From: Candidatus Multivoradales bacterium | GTDB taxonomy: Bacteria; Acidobacteriota; Thermoanaerobaculia; Multivoradales; JAHEKO01 | NCBI GenBank assembly: GCA_965248055.1 | Contig: CBDFIJ010000004.1 | Location: 1,600,001-1,664,000 of the forward strand | DNA length: 64,000 nt | Reading direction: 5' to 3' | Shown here: positions 1-9,671 of the stretch, piece after piece | How the letters are laid out: every line of letters starts with the position of its first letter | How positions within the stretch are numbered: the stretch's first letter is position 1 | Notes under the pieces: model-generated | Told to the model about the DNA's origin: nothing | The model's input: only the letters and a program-made list of their open reading frames with translations | Database searches by the model: none | Program-made: the position numbers and the translations under genes

Positions 1-478
1 CCCGCCCCTCGAGAAACGCGCGAGCATAAATCCCCGGCGAACTGTGTCCTTGGAAATAGACCAAATCCCCAAGGTGGTCCTCACTTCGCGCGTGAAAGAA
101 ATGATTGAAACCCACCTCGTAGAGCGTTGCCGCAGAAGCGTAGCTGGCGATGTGCCCGCCCAGAGATCCCTCTCCTCGGTTGGCGCGAACCACCATCGCC
201 AGCGCGTTCCAGCGAATGATCGACTTGATGCGTCGCTCTAAAGCGGGGTCTCCTGGGCGCTTCTTTTCCTGGTGCGGGGGAATCGTGTTTACGTAAGCGG
301 TGGTCGCGTTGTAAGGCAGGTAAGCCCCGCGACGACGCGCCCGGTCCACCAGCGACTCAATTAGAAAATGTGCCCGCTCCGGCCCGTCGCGTTCGATGAC
401 TGCTTCTAGCGCGTCCAACCATTCTTTGGTTTCTTCGCCGTCTACATCTGCGTTCTTGCGTTCAATCCATGTCTTCAT
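1..478 (-). CDS. aceE: Pyruvate dehydrogenase E1, homodimeric type (N-terminal part; runs off the window)
   Basis: Manual translation, not in ORF track: MKTWIERKNADVDGEETKEWLDALEAVI...YVNTIPP...LERRIKSIIRWNALAMVVRAN...GGHIASYASAATLY. Confidence 0.95.
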   Translation of the reverse strand, partial: MKTWIERKNADVDGEETKEWLDALEAVIERDGPERAHFLIESLVDRARRRGAYLPYNATTAYVNTIPPHQEKKRPGDPALERRIKSIIRWNALAMVVRANRGEGSLGGHIASYASAATLYEVGFNHFFHARSEDHLGDLVYFQGHSSPGIYARAFLEGR

Positions 479-591
479 GTTGTGCTCTCACCCGGATTTT
501 TTCGCCGCGGGCGAAGTCCGCGTATTGTACGTTGCTTGACCATTTGAGGGTTGAAAGTTCCCGCCCCCTCACCTCAAACCGTGGGAGGACT

Positions 592-667
592 GGGGAGCGG
601 TCGGGTCGTCGGCATCTCCCGTTGGAGAAGATCCCCGACCACCAAACCCCCTCCCTTCGGGGATGAC
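592..667. repeat. Long imperfect GC-rich hairpin, REP-like
   Basis: GGGAG-GGT-GGT-GTCGG-ATCT pairs with AGAT-CCGAC-ACC-ACC-CTCCC; the minus strand reads GTCATCCCCGA...TCGGGGATCT. Confidence 0.4.
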
Positions 668-677
668 AGCTTGGAAT

Positions 678-1934
678 CTACTCCGGCGGCGTAAATTCCT
701 GATATCGAACGTTGGTAGACAACGCGCCCTCCTCATCCGCGGTCACCTCCGTCCACGCCAATCCCAACCGCTGATCCAGACCCACCAAGCGCGGAATCCC
801 TGCCCTTCGCGACGCCGCGGTCTGCACCAAGCCAACCACGGACCCAACCCGACCATCCGGTTCGATCCTCACAACCCGGATCTCGCCCCCGCCAACCGGC
901 CCGGCTTTCTCTTTCATCAGCGACTGCGTTTGGCTCAGCCAACCCACATATCCTCGACTACCCGAGATTGCCGCCGTCACTCTGCCAAGCGTGTCGCTGG
1001 TTAACCGCACCGGAGACTCGAAGGTCAGGCCCCCATCTATCGACCAAGCCGCGTAAATCGTCGGCTCAGGATGGCCGGAAAACCAAGCCAGTAACACCAA
1101 ATTACCTTCAGCTGCCAAAGCGGGTCCATTCACCGGACACCCGGCAATCTGCCAACCGCTGGTGTCGATCTCGGTTCTGGACCAACCGTCCGCTGTTTGT
1201 CGCAACAGGTGAATATCGCGAATCTCTTCCTCCGTGCGATCGCGAAACGCCACCAAGGCGCCGTTGGGCGTTGCAACCGCCGCGGTGGGGCAGCAGTCGC
1301 ACACGCGATCGTCGATAACTTCCGAGGGATGGATCACACCATCGACAATCATCGTGGTACGCAACTGCATCGCACCAACCCCATCCTCAGAATGACCAAC
1401 CGCCGCCCGGCCATCCAACCAAAACGACCGTGCCCCTTCACCCTCCGGAACCCAAGATACAAACCCATGCTCTCCGGCTACGGTCGCCGATTCGCCAACG
1501 CCCCACGCGTCGTCATTCAGCCAACCCAGCTCACTCCACGACTGGCCTTGATCCACAGACCACGCCACCTTTGCCCCGTAGTCGTAGGTCTCCGGCCCCG
1601 ACACCTCCAACCAATGCGCGATCCACGACCCATCCCCAGCTTCAGTCACAGCGGGAACATCCGTCCAATTGGCAAAAAAGTTGGAGCTTGAAGCAATCGT
1701 TGTCGGTGCCTGCTCTCGACGATTTGAACCTAATTCCAAGCGAATACGATCTCCACCAACCAAATATGACAGCCGACCCTCCGACACGTTCGGTGCCATT
1801 CCACTCGTGATCGAAACGGAAATCTGCTCAGCAGCTTGATATTTGGGATTCTCGGATGATTCGCGCGAATCTGCACTACATCCAAGGATCATTCCGCTCG
1901 CCAGTATCCACCACACAACTTGTTTCGACATCAA
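678..1934 (-). CDS. BNR/sialidase-like beta-propeller lipoprotein
   Basis: Lipobox ILGC; Asp-box motifs SVDQGQSW and SIDGGLTF; CDCCP and GCPVNGP motifs. Confidence 0.75.
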   Translation of the reverse strand: MMSKQVVWWILASGMILGCSADSRESSENPKYQAAEQISVSITSGMAPNVSEGRLSYLVGGDRIRLELGSNRREQAPTTIASSSNFFANWTDVPAVTEAGDGSWIAHWLEVSGPETYDYGAKVAWSVDQGQSWSELGWLNDDAWGVGESATVAGEHGFVSWVPEGEGARSFWLDGRAAVGHSEDGVGAMQLRTTMIVDGVIHPSEVIDDRVCDCCPTAAVATPNGALVAFRDRTEEEIRDIHLLRQTADGWSRTEIDTSGWQIAGCPVNGPALAAEGNLVLLAWFSGHPEPTIYAAWSIDGGLTFESPVRLTSDTLGRVTAAISGSRGYVGWLSQTQSLMKEKAGPVGGGEIRVVRIEPDGRVGSVVGLVQTAASRRAGIPRLVGLDQRLGLAWTEVTADEEGALSTNVRYQEFTPPE

Positions 1935-2939
1935 CCCACTCTACCTGTTCAGTATTGTCAGTTAGCCATTTTCCCTCTTTTGGTGCTGCTATCTGAGAGG
2001 TCGCCCGCAGCCTTGATGAGATTGAGAAAGATCAGCACTGGGCAACACGCATCAGCCACCTGTTGCGAAGAGGAAGCGACCTTGCCAGCATCGATAAACC
2101 GAGCAAGTGGAACCAAGCGCCTATTCAGGGTCTTCGTCGCCCTGAGCTATGGCAGGGTCCACTTAAATGTATCTTTTGATCGATGTCGATGAGCCAGATT
2201 CGGCCTCGGTGGTGCTCAACATGATACCCCTGTTGGGGTGACCTTCGATGGTGACACCGTAAACCGGTTCAGCACTTGCGATACAAGTGAAGATCTACCG
2301 GAGTCCAACCTTGACCAAATTCCTTCTCAAGCACGTCAAATAGCGCTATGGGGGACTTGTTCACTTCGTCCTCATTGTCAGTAGCATGCCATGCCAGGGA
2401 GATCGTGATTAGCCGCTCCCTGGGTTGTAAGTTATTGACTGGCATTTCTAGTTCGTCAGGGTCCAGTCGGAGTTGGCTAAGATCCGTTGAACATCACCAC
2501 TGGCTAGGTCTGAAAAGACCAGTTTCCCGTCAGCAAACCGAGCTCCACCTTTGATCACTGGCTGTTTCTTTCGCACGCGTAATACCGCAGTGCTTACCCA
2601 CTGCGATCTGCAGGTAACATGTTGCAATCATGGCCCGGACGTTTGACGGAGCTGCTTGTTTCCCTTGGCTTGTTGAGCCTGTAATGAACAGCAAGACGGC
2701 AAGGTCAAGGTTGAGAAAATAGACTGGCTGCTTGCCGCTATGAGAGATCGGTTTGGGTGGTGAGAGGTGCGGAATATTCGATGTTGACCTTGGTGAGGCG
2801 TTGGGAGTGGGCGGTGCAAAGGTAGCCGGTGACTTATTGCGACTGAACTGACTCCCCCGACGATAGTGGCAGGGGGACCTTGGGTTGGAACGACAGGAGG
2901 AGAGCTCGATTCATGAAATCCGTGACGCTCCCGAAGGCT

Positions 2940-3129
2940 AAGGAGATTGAACTCCGCGAGGATCACGTCGTAGGGAACATGGAATTTTCCGTTTTCCTTG
3001 CGTTCGATGAATTCCCAGAGTTTGGGGCTCAGATTTCTTAGCGATGGTTCACGCCTTGATGAAGCTTCCGCCCATTTCGCTCATAGCAGCATCCACATCT
3101 CCATGAATCCAAATCGTTGTTGTCTTCAT
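2940..3129 (-). pseudogene. HVO_A0114-like HTH antitoxin remnant
   Basis: MKTTTIWIHGDVDAAMSEMGGSFIKA* (stop 3049-3051), then in another frame LRNLSPKLWEFIERKENGKFHVPYDVILAEFNL; central HTH missing; ATGA overlap with the upstream toxin stop. Confidence 0.7.
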
Positions 3130-3391
3130 TTCGAACTCCGATGGGCAACATCAGCATGAATATCATGCATCAGAGTATCCACATCCTTGAAGGTATCAGG
3201 TTCTTCGCTGCCGTCCAGATGACGGTGGTCGCCCTTCAATCGTTTAATATCGTATCCGCAAGACGCTCACCAGGGCGCCCGTAGAACATCCGATATTAAA
3301 AAAAATGGCGACTACCCTCGACCAATAATGGAACTCGCCACAGAATCACTTCCACAAACATCCCGTCATCGAAGTCAAACCGAAGCAGAGT
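3126..3391 (-). pseudogene. DUF6516/TumE-like toxin remnant
   Basis: FDFDDGMFVEVILWRVPLLVEGSRHFF*YRMFYGRPGERL / GYDIKRLKGDHRHLDGSEEPDTFKDVDTLMHDIHADV; nonsense at 3296-3298, frameshift near 3258, no start codon. Confidence 0.8.
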
Positions 3392-3415
3392 TTCCGATGT
3401 TCGTTAGGTCTTTGT

Positions 3416-3501
3416 TTTCTTGGCCAACTTACGGCTAAGTTACGGCTACCTTCGTTCCATCTCGGCTTGCTTTTCGGCCAGTTTTCGGCTAGTTTTCGCC
3501 T
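3416..3501 (+). repeat. Degenerate ~11-bp direct-repeat array (about 8 units, TTWCGGCYAR)
   Basis: TTACGGCTA x2, TTTTCGGCCAG, TTTTCGGCTAG, TTTTCGCCTG; cores at about 3422, 3433, 3444, 3454, 3464, 3476, 3487, 3498. Confidence 0.75.
3467..3495 (+). promoter_or_regulatory. Putative sigma70 promoter for a leaderless fic transcript
   Basis: TTGCTT-17 nt-TAGTTT-6 nt-GTG; no SD sequence. Confidence 0.5.
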
Positions 3502-4539
3502 GTGACTTGGAGACCCAAGTACCTGATCACTGAACGGTTGCTGCGATCGATTCGTGAAATCGGCGAGGCTATCGGGGAGATCCGAAGTTCGCGTCTTAGT
3601 GACGTAGTTCTGGCCAAACAGGAGTGGGAGGCCAGGGAACTTTCGACCCATGCCTCCACCAGCATCGAAGGCAATCCCTTGGGTCTGACGGAGGTCAAGC
3701 GTCTGCTCAAGAGCGGAAAAGAGCAAGTCCGGGACACCGAACGCGAGGTCGTGAACTACAACGCTGCCCTGCAAGCACTCTACTCAGATGTCAGGGAGAA
3801 CAGGTTCAAACTGAACGTCGCCACCCTGGAGAAGGTGCAGAGTGAGGTGGTTGCGGGGTTGATGGATAACCCAGCCGAGTGTGGCCGCCTACGGCGTTCA
3901 CCGGTGGTGATCCGGAACCCACGCAAACTTGACGAGATCATATACATACCGCCGGACAGTAAGGATGTGCAGCCGCTGACAGCGCAACTGACCGAGTTCG
4001 TGGAGCATCGCATTGATGAGCTGGAGCCCGTCGTTCTGGCTGGGTTGTTCCATCGGCAGTGCGTCATCATCCATCCATTCATGGACGGCAACGGTCGCAC
4101 AACCCGCTTGCTGACAACCGCGATTCTCGGCAAAGCTCGACTGGATCTGTTTGAGGCCTTCAGTTTTGAGAACTACTATAACCAGAGTGTCGCACGCTAC
4201 TTCAAGGCCGTTGGCCTTGAAGGCGATTATTACGAACTGCGGGAAAATATCGATTTCACCGCTTGGTTGGAATATTTCGCGGAGGGTATATTGGACGAAT
4301 TGTTGCGCGTGCGAAACGCTCTGGAGAGCACAGTTCGAAACCCACCGCGACTAGAACCACATCATCGGCTGATCCTGGAGTTTATTGGTGAACACGGAAG
4401 TATCACTCAGCGCGAGTATGGGGCGATATCTCCTCGTAGCCTCGCTTCTCGCAAGTTGGACTTTAAAAAGCTGCGAAGCTTGGAGTTGATAGAGGGTAAG
4501 AGTAGGGGGCGTGGAACCTACTACGTGCTGATGGAGTAG
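3502..4539 (+). CDS. Fic family protein with C-terminal winged HTH
   Basis: HPFMDGNGRTTR Fic motif; inhibitory-helix-like STSIEGN; C-terminal DeoR-like HTH ending GRGTYY. Confidence 0.93.
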   Translation: MTWRPKYLITERLLRSIREIGEAIGEIRSSRLSDVVLAKQEWEARELSTHASTSIEGNPLGLTEVKRLLKSGKEQVRDTEREVVNYNAALQALYSDVRENRFKLNVATLEKVQSEVVAGLMDNPAECGRLRRSPVVIRNPRKLDEIIYIPPDSKDVQPLTAQLTEFVEHRIDELEPVVLAGLFHRQCVIIHPFMDGNGRTTRLLTTAILGKARLDLFEAFSFENYYNQSVARYFKAVGLEGDYYELRENIDFTAWLEYFAEGILDELLRVRNALESTVRNPPRLEPHHRLILEFIGEHGSITQREYGAISPRSLASRKLDFKKLRSLELIEGKSRGRGTYYVLME

Positions 4540-4579
4540 CCTTATTCAACATGCCCCACTTGACCAACTCATCAAGCTG

Positions 4580-5953
4580 ATGCCCGCTACCCAACGTGGA
4601 GCTATACTGGAGACTGTGAAGCAGCGTTTCGTGAAACAGAGGATGATAGTTGTGATCGGCGTCATGCTGGCCTTGACGGGGCTGTGGGCGCAGGATGATG
4701 TCGAACCCCAGATCGTCTCCCATCTCCAACTCAAATCGATCATCCACCCAATTGCCGCGCAGTACATCGAAGACGCGCTTCAACAAGCGGATGAATCGGG
4801 CGCCACTGCAGTGGTGATCGAATTGGACACGCCGGGCGGCTTGATGACCTCGACTCGAGATATCACCGAGGCGATGTTGGTAGCGAAAACACCGGTGGTG
4901 ATTTATGTTTCTCCTTCGGGAGCACAGGCAGCTTCGGCGGGGTTCTTCCTACTGATGGCGGCGGATGTTGCGGTCATGGCCCCGGGGACCAACACTGGGG
5001 CGGCCCACCCGGTATCGGGTTCTGGGGAGGAGATCGAGGGGCATATGGCGGCCAAGGTCGAGGAGGACGCTGCGGCGAACATTCGTGCCTTGGCTTCCAG
5101 GTTGGGGCGCAATATCGAGGCGGCAGAAGCAGCGGTGATTGAGAGCAAGTCCTACACCGCAGACGAGGCCTTGGAACTGGGTCTGATCGACTTCGTTTCG
5201 CCTTCGGTCACCGACCTAGTGGCAAAGCTCGATGGTCGAACGGTGAGCAAATCAGATGGTGCCGAGCTAACGTTGGCGACCCAAGGCACCTCGATTGAAC
5301 CGCTGCCGATGACCAAGCTGCAGAGGTTCCTGGCTGCTTTGGCACATCCCAATATCGCGTTTCTTCTTTTGTCATTGGGTGGCATGGGATTATTGTTTGA
5401 GATTACTCATCCCGGATCGATCTTTCCCGGCGTAGTCGGTGCAATTTTCCTACTCCTTGCTTTCTTCGGTCTCTCGGTACTGCCTGTCAACTACGTAGGG
5501 ATTGGCCTACTGGGACTGGCAGTGCTGTTTTTCATAGCCGAGATCAAGGTGGTCAGCTATGGGCTACTTACGGTCGCTGGAATCATCTCAATGGTCTTAG
5601 GATCGAGCATGTTGTTTAAAAGTACTGACCCGGCCCTGCAAGTAAGTTGGGGCCTGATTGGCACCACCGCGGCTCTGGCAGCTTTGGCGGTGGTAGCGGC
5701 TGTGACCCTGGTGATCCGCAGTCATCGGCGCCAAGTTGCCACCGGCAACGAAGGAATGATCGGCAGAATTGCTGAGGTTCGTACCGCGCTCAACCCACGC
5801 GGCAAAGTGTTTGTCCACGGGGAACTGTGGGACGCAGAGTCAAGTCAACTGGTGGATCGGGGTCAAGAGGTGCGGGTGGTGGCGGTCAATGGCATGCGCC
5901 TCGAAGTCGAATCCCTAATATCTGATCATCCAAACTACGAAGAAGAGGAGTAA
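4580..5953 (+). CDS. nfeD: NfeD membrane-bound serine protease (true start possibly 4631 or 4643)
   Basis: LDTPGG, AASAG and GAAHPV motifs; TM region; C-terminal OB fold [12 protein letters not shown]. Confidence 0.93.
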   Translation: MPATQRGAILETVKQRFVKQRMIVVIGVMLALTGLWAQDDVEPQIVSHLQLKSIIHPIAAQYIEDALQQADESGATAVVIELDTPGGLMTSTRDITEAMLVAKTPVVIYVSPSGAQAASAGFFLLMAADVAVMAPGTNTGAAHPVSGSGEEIEGHMAAKVEEDAAANIRALASRLGRNIEAAEAAVIESKSYTADEALELGLIDFVSPSVTDLVAKLDGRTVSKSDGAELTLATQGTSIEPLPMTKLQRFLAALAHPNIAFLLLSLGGMGLLFEITHPGSIFPGVVGAIFLLLAFFGLSVLPVNYVGIGLLGLAVLFFIAEIKVVSYGLLTVAGIISMVLGSSMLFKSTDPALQVSWGLIGTTAALAALAVVAAVTLVIRSHRRQVATGNEGMIGRIAEVRTALNPRGKVFVHGELWDAESSQLVDRGQEVRVVAVNGMRLEVESLISDHPNYEEEE

Positions 5954-5955
5954 TC

Positions 5956-6702
5956 ATGCCTGCAGGTCTTTCTGGAATCCTTGTTGTACTCGCAATCGGA
6001 GCTTTCTTTCTCAGTCGTTGGATTCGTATCCTGAACGAATATGAACGGGCGGTAGTTTTTCGCCTTGGTCGTTTGGTAGACACCCGTGGCCCCGGCTTGG
6101 TATTCGTTCTGTTCCCCTTGGAGCGCATGGTGAAGGTTTCACTGCGGACCTTGGTGCACGATGTTCCAACCCAAGACGTCATCACCCGCGACAACGTCTC
6201 GGTCAAGGTCAATGCGGTGGTCTACTTCCGCGTCGTCGACCCTGCCAAGAGCGTTGTTGAAATCGAAAACTACATGCAAGCCACCAGTCAGATCGCCCAG
6301 ACCACGCTGCGCTCGGTCTTGGGTCAGGTGGAGATGGATGAGTTGTTATCCGAGCGAGAGAAGCTCAACGAAGAGCTCCAGTCGATCATTGACAAGCACA
6401 CCGATCCGTGGGGCATCAAGGTCTCCGTGGTTGAGGTCAAGCACGTTGACCTGCCGCAAGAGATGCAACGAGCGATGGCCCGTCAGGCAGAAGCCGAGCG
6501 TGAGAAGCGCGCCAAGATCATCCATGCCGATGGTGAGCTGCAGGCGTCCAAGAGTTTGGCTGAGGCTGCCGAAGCCTTCAGCGCTAACCCGACCACCTTG
6601 CAGTTGCGCTACCTGCAAACATTGACCGAGATCTCGGCGGAGAACAACTCAACGATTGTCTTCCCGTTGCCGATCGACCTTCTGAAAGCGTTCGTTAAGT
6701 AG
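5956..6702 (+). CDS. SPFH/stomatin-like (slipin) protein
   Basis: [42 protein letters not shown]; lies next to nfeD. Confidence 0.95.
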   Translation: MPAGLSGILVVLAIGAFFLSRWIRILNEYERAVVFRLGRLVDTRGPGLVFVLFPLERMVKVSLRTLVHDVPTQDVITRDNVSVKVNAVVYFRVVDPAKSVVEIENYMQATSQIAQTTLRSVLGQVEMDELLSEREKLNEELQSIIDKHTDPWGIKVSVVEVKHVDLPQEMQRAMARQAEAEREKRAKIIHADGELQASKSLAEAAEAFSANPTTLQLRYLQTLTEISAENNSTIVFPLPIDLLKAFVK

Positions 6703-6764
6703 AGGACACCAGAGTAATCAGCGCTGAGGTCGGCGCTGTCGCAGCATTCGCTCCGAAGATCGAA

Positions 6765-7454
6765 CTACTCGGGAAGCGGATGTTTCTCGCGATCCAGGTC
6801 CAGGTCGATGCGGATCAGGGTGCCGATCAAGGCAATGTGACTTGGAAGATTGTCACCAGAGTCAAATGATATTTCGGCTCGATCGTCCCAACGCTCACCC
6901 CGGCGCCCCTGCTTGCCTTCCAAGAAGTAGTGGATCGCACCGCTCTCGGGATCGGATTGCGGGGTGGCTTCAATCGGATAGACACCGCCCGCCAACAACT
7001 GGAAGCGTCGTTTTTTTTGCGGTTGCTCTTCGCGCAGGGTCAAGATCGCCGCGATCATGTCCACCACGCCGTGCTCACTGATCTCCTTGGATTTGGTCTT
7101 GGTACGACCCCGCCAGCGATAGGACGACCAAGTCTCAATCAGGGTCAAAGATCCGGCGTCCACTTGCGAACCGGCGAGCCAGTAGACATCACCGTCTGTC
7201 GCCACATGAAGTTGGGATCGGACTCGACCGTTTCGCGCCCGCTCGGTAACCAAAGTAGCGGTTCCCGATCCGGGGAACAAGAACTTCAACAGGCCATGAG
7301 TCTTCCATCGAAAGTGCAAGACTTCCGCGTCTTCGGCGAGCTGTGGAAGGCTGGCTACTGCTTCCGCACTAGTCCCAGCTCCCTCGAGTGTGAGGAAACA
7401 AGCGATAACAAGGATGGCAAGGGTTAGCTTAGAGCTTCTAGTTCGTCTACCCAT
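6765..7454 (-). CDS. Exported hypothetical protein (possibly DUF3108-like)
   Basis: Signal peptide, beta-rich; DMIAAILTLR segment; downstream of and overlapping pepF. Confidence 0.55.
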   Translation of the reverse strand: MGRRTRSSKLTLAILVIACFLTLEGAGTSAEAVASLPQLAEDAEVLHFRWKTHGLLKFLFPGSGTATLVTERARNGRVRSQLHVATDGDVYWLAGSQVDAGSLTLIETWSSYRWRGRTKTKSKEISEHGVVDMIAAILTLREEQPQKKRRFQLLAGGVYPIEATPQSDPESGAIHYFLEGKQGRRGERWDDRAEISFDSGDNLPSHIALIGTLIRIDLDLDREKHPLPE

Positions 7455-9205
7455 TCTTTAATTAGAGCGAAGCCACCGCGCCAGAAATCTGCATCTCCAG
7501 GATCGATGTCCACTTCTCCCAAAATCTCACTGGGCGAAGCGGACCCACCGTAAGCCAACATCTTCAGATACCCCGGTTTAAACGCTTCTCCCTGCTCTCG
7601 GTAGCGCTGGTACAAAGCCAGCACCAGCAACTGCCCGAAGCTATAGGCATAGCAATAAAAAGGCCAATGAAACAGGTGGGGAATGGAGACCCACTCGTGA
7701 CGGTATGCTTCGGGCACCTCCACCGCGTCACCAAACTGCTGCTCGAGCAGGCCGCTGTAGATGCCGTGAAGATCCTCTGTCGAACTTCCTTCGACAATCG
7801 CTTTGTGCGCCTCGCGCTCAAAGAGGACGAAGTAAGCCTGGCGCAAGACAGTGGCATAGGCATCGTCCACCGCCGCAGCCAGTAACTCGCGACGCTCGGT
7901 TGGCGTCGAGACCTCCGAAAGAAGTCGTTCAGTGAGCAATACCTCTGAGAACACCGACGCGGTCTCCGCCAAAGGCAAAACAGGGTGCTGAGTCAGTACC
8001 GAGCAGTCTTTCGCCAGCACCGAATGAACCGCGTGGCCCAGTTCATGAGCCAAGGTGGCAACGTCACGCAGTTTTCCGGTGTAGTTGATCAACACCCACG
8101 GCGCAAGGTCAGGGGTAACGGTAAGACAAAAAGCACCACCACGCTTGCCTTTGCGGATCTCCGAATCAATATGGTGCTCGTCAAAGATCCGGCGAGCTGC
8201 GGTGGAGATCTCAGGGGAAAAGTCGTGGAAGGTATCCAGGACTAGATCCACAGCATCCCCGTACTCGACGGTCTTTTCCGACGCTTCAATCGGAGCATAA
8301 AGATCTTGGCGCGGCAACTTGCCTGGATATCCCAACCACTTGGCCTTGAGCTGGAAGTAGCGCTGGAATACATGCCGTTGTTCAACACAAACGTCCAATA
8401 ACACGTCCACCGCCCCACAGGGCAAGTCGTTATCTACATTGCGAACCGCGATCGGCGAAGAATAACCGCGCAAGTCGAGTTGTTCCGCGGCCCAATCATG
8501 CGCCCGGTGGACATAGATCTGTCCCAAGATCGGCGCCTCTCGGGCAAACACCTGCAACAGCTCTTCATAGGCACCATGGCGCAGTGAGGCGTCCGAGGAG
8601 TGCACATAACTCATCAAGCCATCGCGAGTCAGGGCCAAGGACTCTCCGGCCACCTCGAGATTGAATTCGAGACGATTGGTCAGCATCGAGTAGAGGGTCA
8701 TCAGCCCGCCAACCCCGTGCGCGTCTTTGACGTTGATCAGTTGCTCTGATCTCTCTTCCAAGACATAGGGGCGAACCCGCCGTAGATCTTGCAGAAAATG
8801 ACGGTGGTCACCTTCGACTTGGGATAACAACCGTTCAGCATTGTCGTCGTCCAGCTGCTTCCACCAAAGAGAAAAAAACAGGATGCGGTTTTGAAACTCG
8901 GTAAGTGCGTGCTCGACGCGATTCTTGAGACTGAGGGTCTCGTCCGATTGGGTGTCGGCGGAAAACACCAACGAAGCGTAGGCACCCGGCAGCTGCAGGT
9001 CGTAAATCAGCCGCTCATAGGAGAGCAGCACTCGCGAGAAGTCTTGATTCGAGATTTCGTCGGTCAGGATGTCGCGGAATTGTGCAAACTGATCGACTTG
9101 GCGACGCAATTCTGCCAAGCCCGCAGAGGATTTCCCCGCGGACGCTGACAACTCGTCAAGGCGCCACGTTTCTTGCCGATGAATAGAGGTCTCTAGTTCG
9201 ATCAC
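7424..9205 (-). CDS. pepF: Oligoendopeptidase F (M3B)
   Basis: KRGGAFC, TLAHELGHAVH, LAETAS, FYCYAYSFG. Confidence 0.93.
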   Translation of the reverse strand: MIELETSIHRQETWRLDELSASAGKSSAGLAELRRQVDQFAQFRDILTDEISNQDFSRVLLSYERLIYDLQLPGAYASLVFSADTQSDETLSLKNRVEHALTEFQNRILFFSLWWKQLDDDNAERLLSQVEGDHRHFLQDLRRVRPYVLEERSEQLINVKDAHGVGGLMTLYSMLTNRLEFNLEVAGESLALTRDGLMSYVHSSDASLRHGAYEELLQVFAREAPILGQIYVHRAHDWAAEQLDLRGYSSPIAVRNVDNDLPCGAVDVLLDVCVEQRHVFQRYFQLKAKWLGYPGKLPRQDLYAPIEASEKTVEYGDAVDLVLDTFHDFSPEISTAARRIFDEHHIDSEIRKGKRGGAFCLTVTPDLAPWVLINYTGKLRDVATLAHELGHAVHSVLAKDCSVLTQHPVLPLAETASVFSEVLLTERLLSEVSTPTERRELLAAAVDDAYATVLRQAYFVLFEREAHKAIVEGSSTEDLHGIYSGLLEQQFGDAVEVPEAYRHEWVSIPHLFHWPFYCYAYSFGQLLVLALYQRYREQGEAFKPGYLKMLAYGGSASPSEILGEVDIDPGDADFWRGGFALIKEWVDELEALS

Positions 9206-9660
9206 TCAGTACTCGCTGACGCGGTACCACCGGTGAGAGCGGCTTCGAGAGTGTGCCATGCGAGTGTGGCGCACTTGACGCGCACCGGAAACTCGCGGAC
9301 TCCAGAAAAAACGGCAAGTTTGCCAAGGGATTTTCCAGCCTGGCCGACGACCGATGGGTCTCCGGTCAAGAGTTGATGAAACTCTTCAAACAGTCCCTTC
9401 GCTTCCTTTCGGCTGAGCCCTTTGATCGCCTCTGTCATCAACGACGCTGATGCGGTCGAGATGGCGCAGCCCGAACCCTCGAAACGCACATCATCCACAG
9501 TGTCCCCGTGCATTTCAAGGTACAGCTTAAGTTGGTCACCGCAGAGTGGGTTGTGACCATTGGCACAATGGGTCGGGGATTGTAGTGAGCCGTAGTTCTT
9601 CGGGTTCTTGTTGTGGTCAAGAATTACTTCTTGGTACAGATCTCTGAGTTCCATCAACAT
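9202..9660 (-). CDS. sufU: SUF sulfur-transfer/scaffold protein SufU
   Basis: LYQEVILDH, NPLCGD, GCAISTAS, RVKCATLAW; start trimmed relative to ORF track. Confidence 0.95.
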   Translation of the reverse strand: MLMELRDLYQEVILDHNKNPKNYGSLQSPTHCANGHNPLCGDQLKLYLEMHGDTVDDVRFEGSGCAISTASASLMTEAIKGLSRKEAKGLFEEFHQLLTGDPSVVGQAGKSLGKLAVFSGVREFPVRVKCATLAWHTLEAALTGGTASASTE

Positions 9661-9671
9661 AGTGATTCCGG

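Noticed and set aside
44-666. Short + strand ORFs at the window start
   Set aside because: Antisense to aceE and its promoter region.
2912-3040. 42-aa + strand ORF with an AGGAGGAG SD
   Set aside because: Lies antisense to the recognisable antitoxin remnant; probably chance, though not excluded.
3416-3501. Repeat array as CRISPR or replication iterons
   Set aside because: Units are 11 bp with no spacers, and there are no cas or rep genes.
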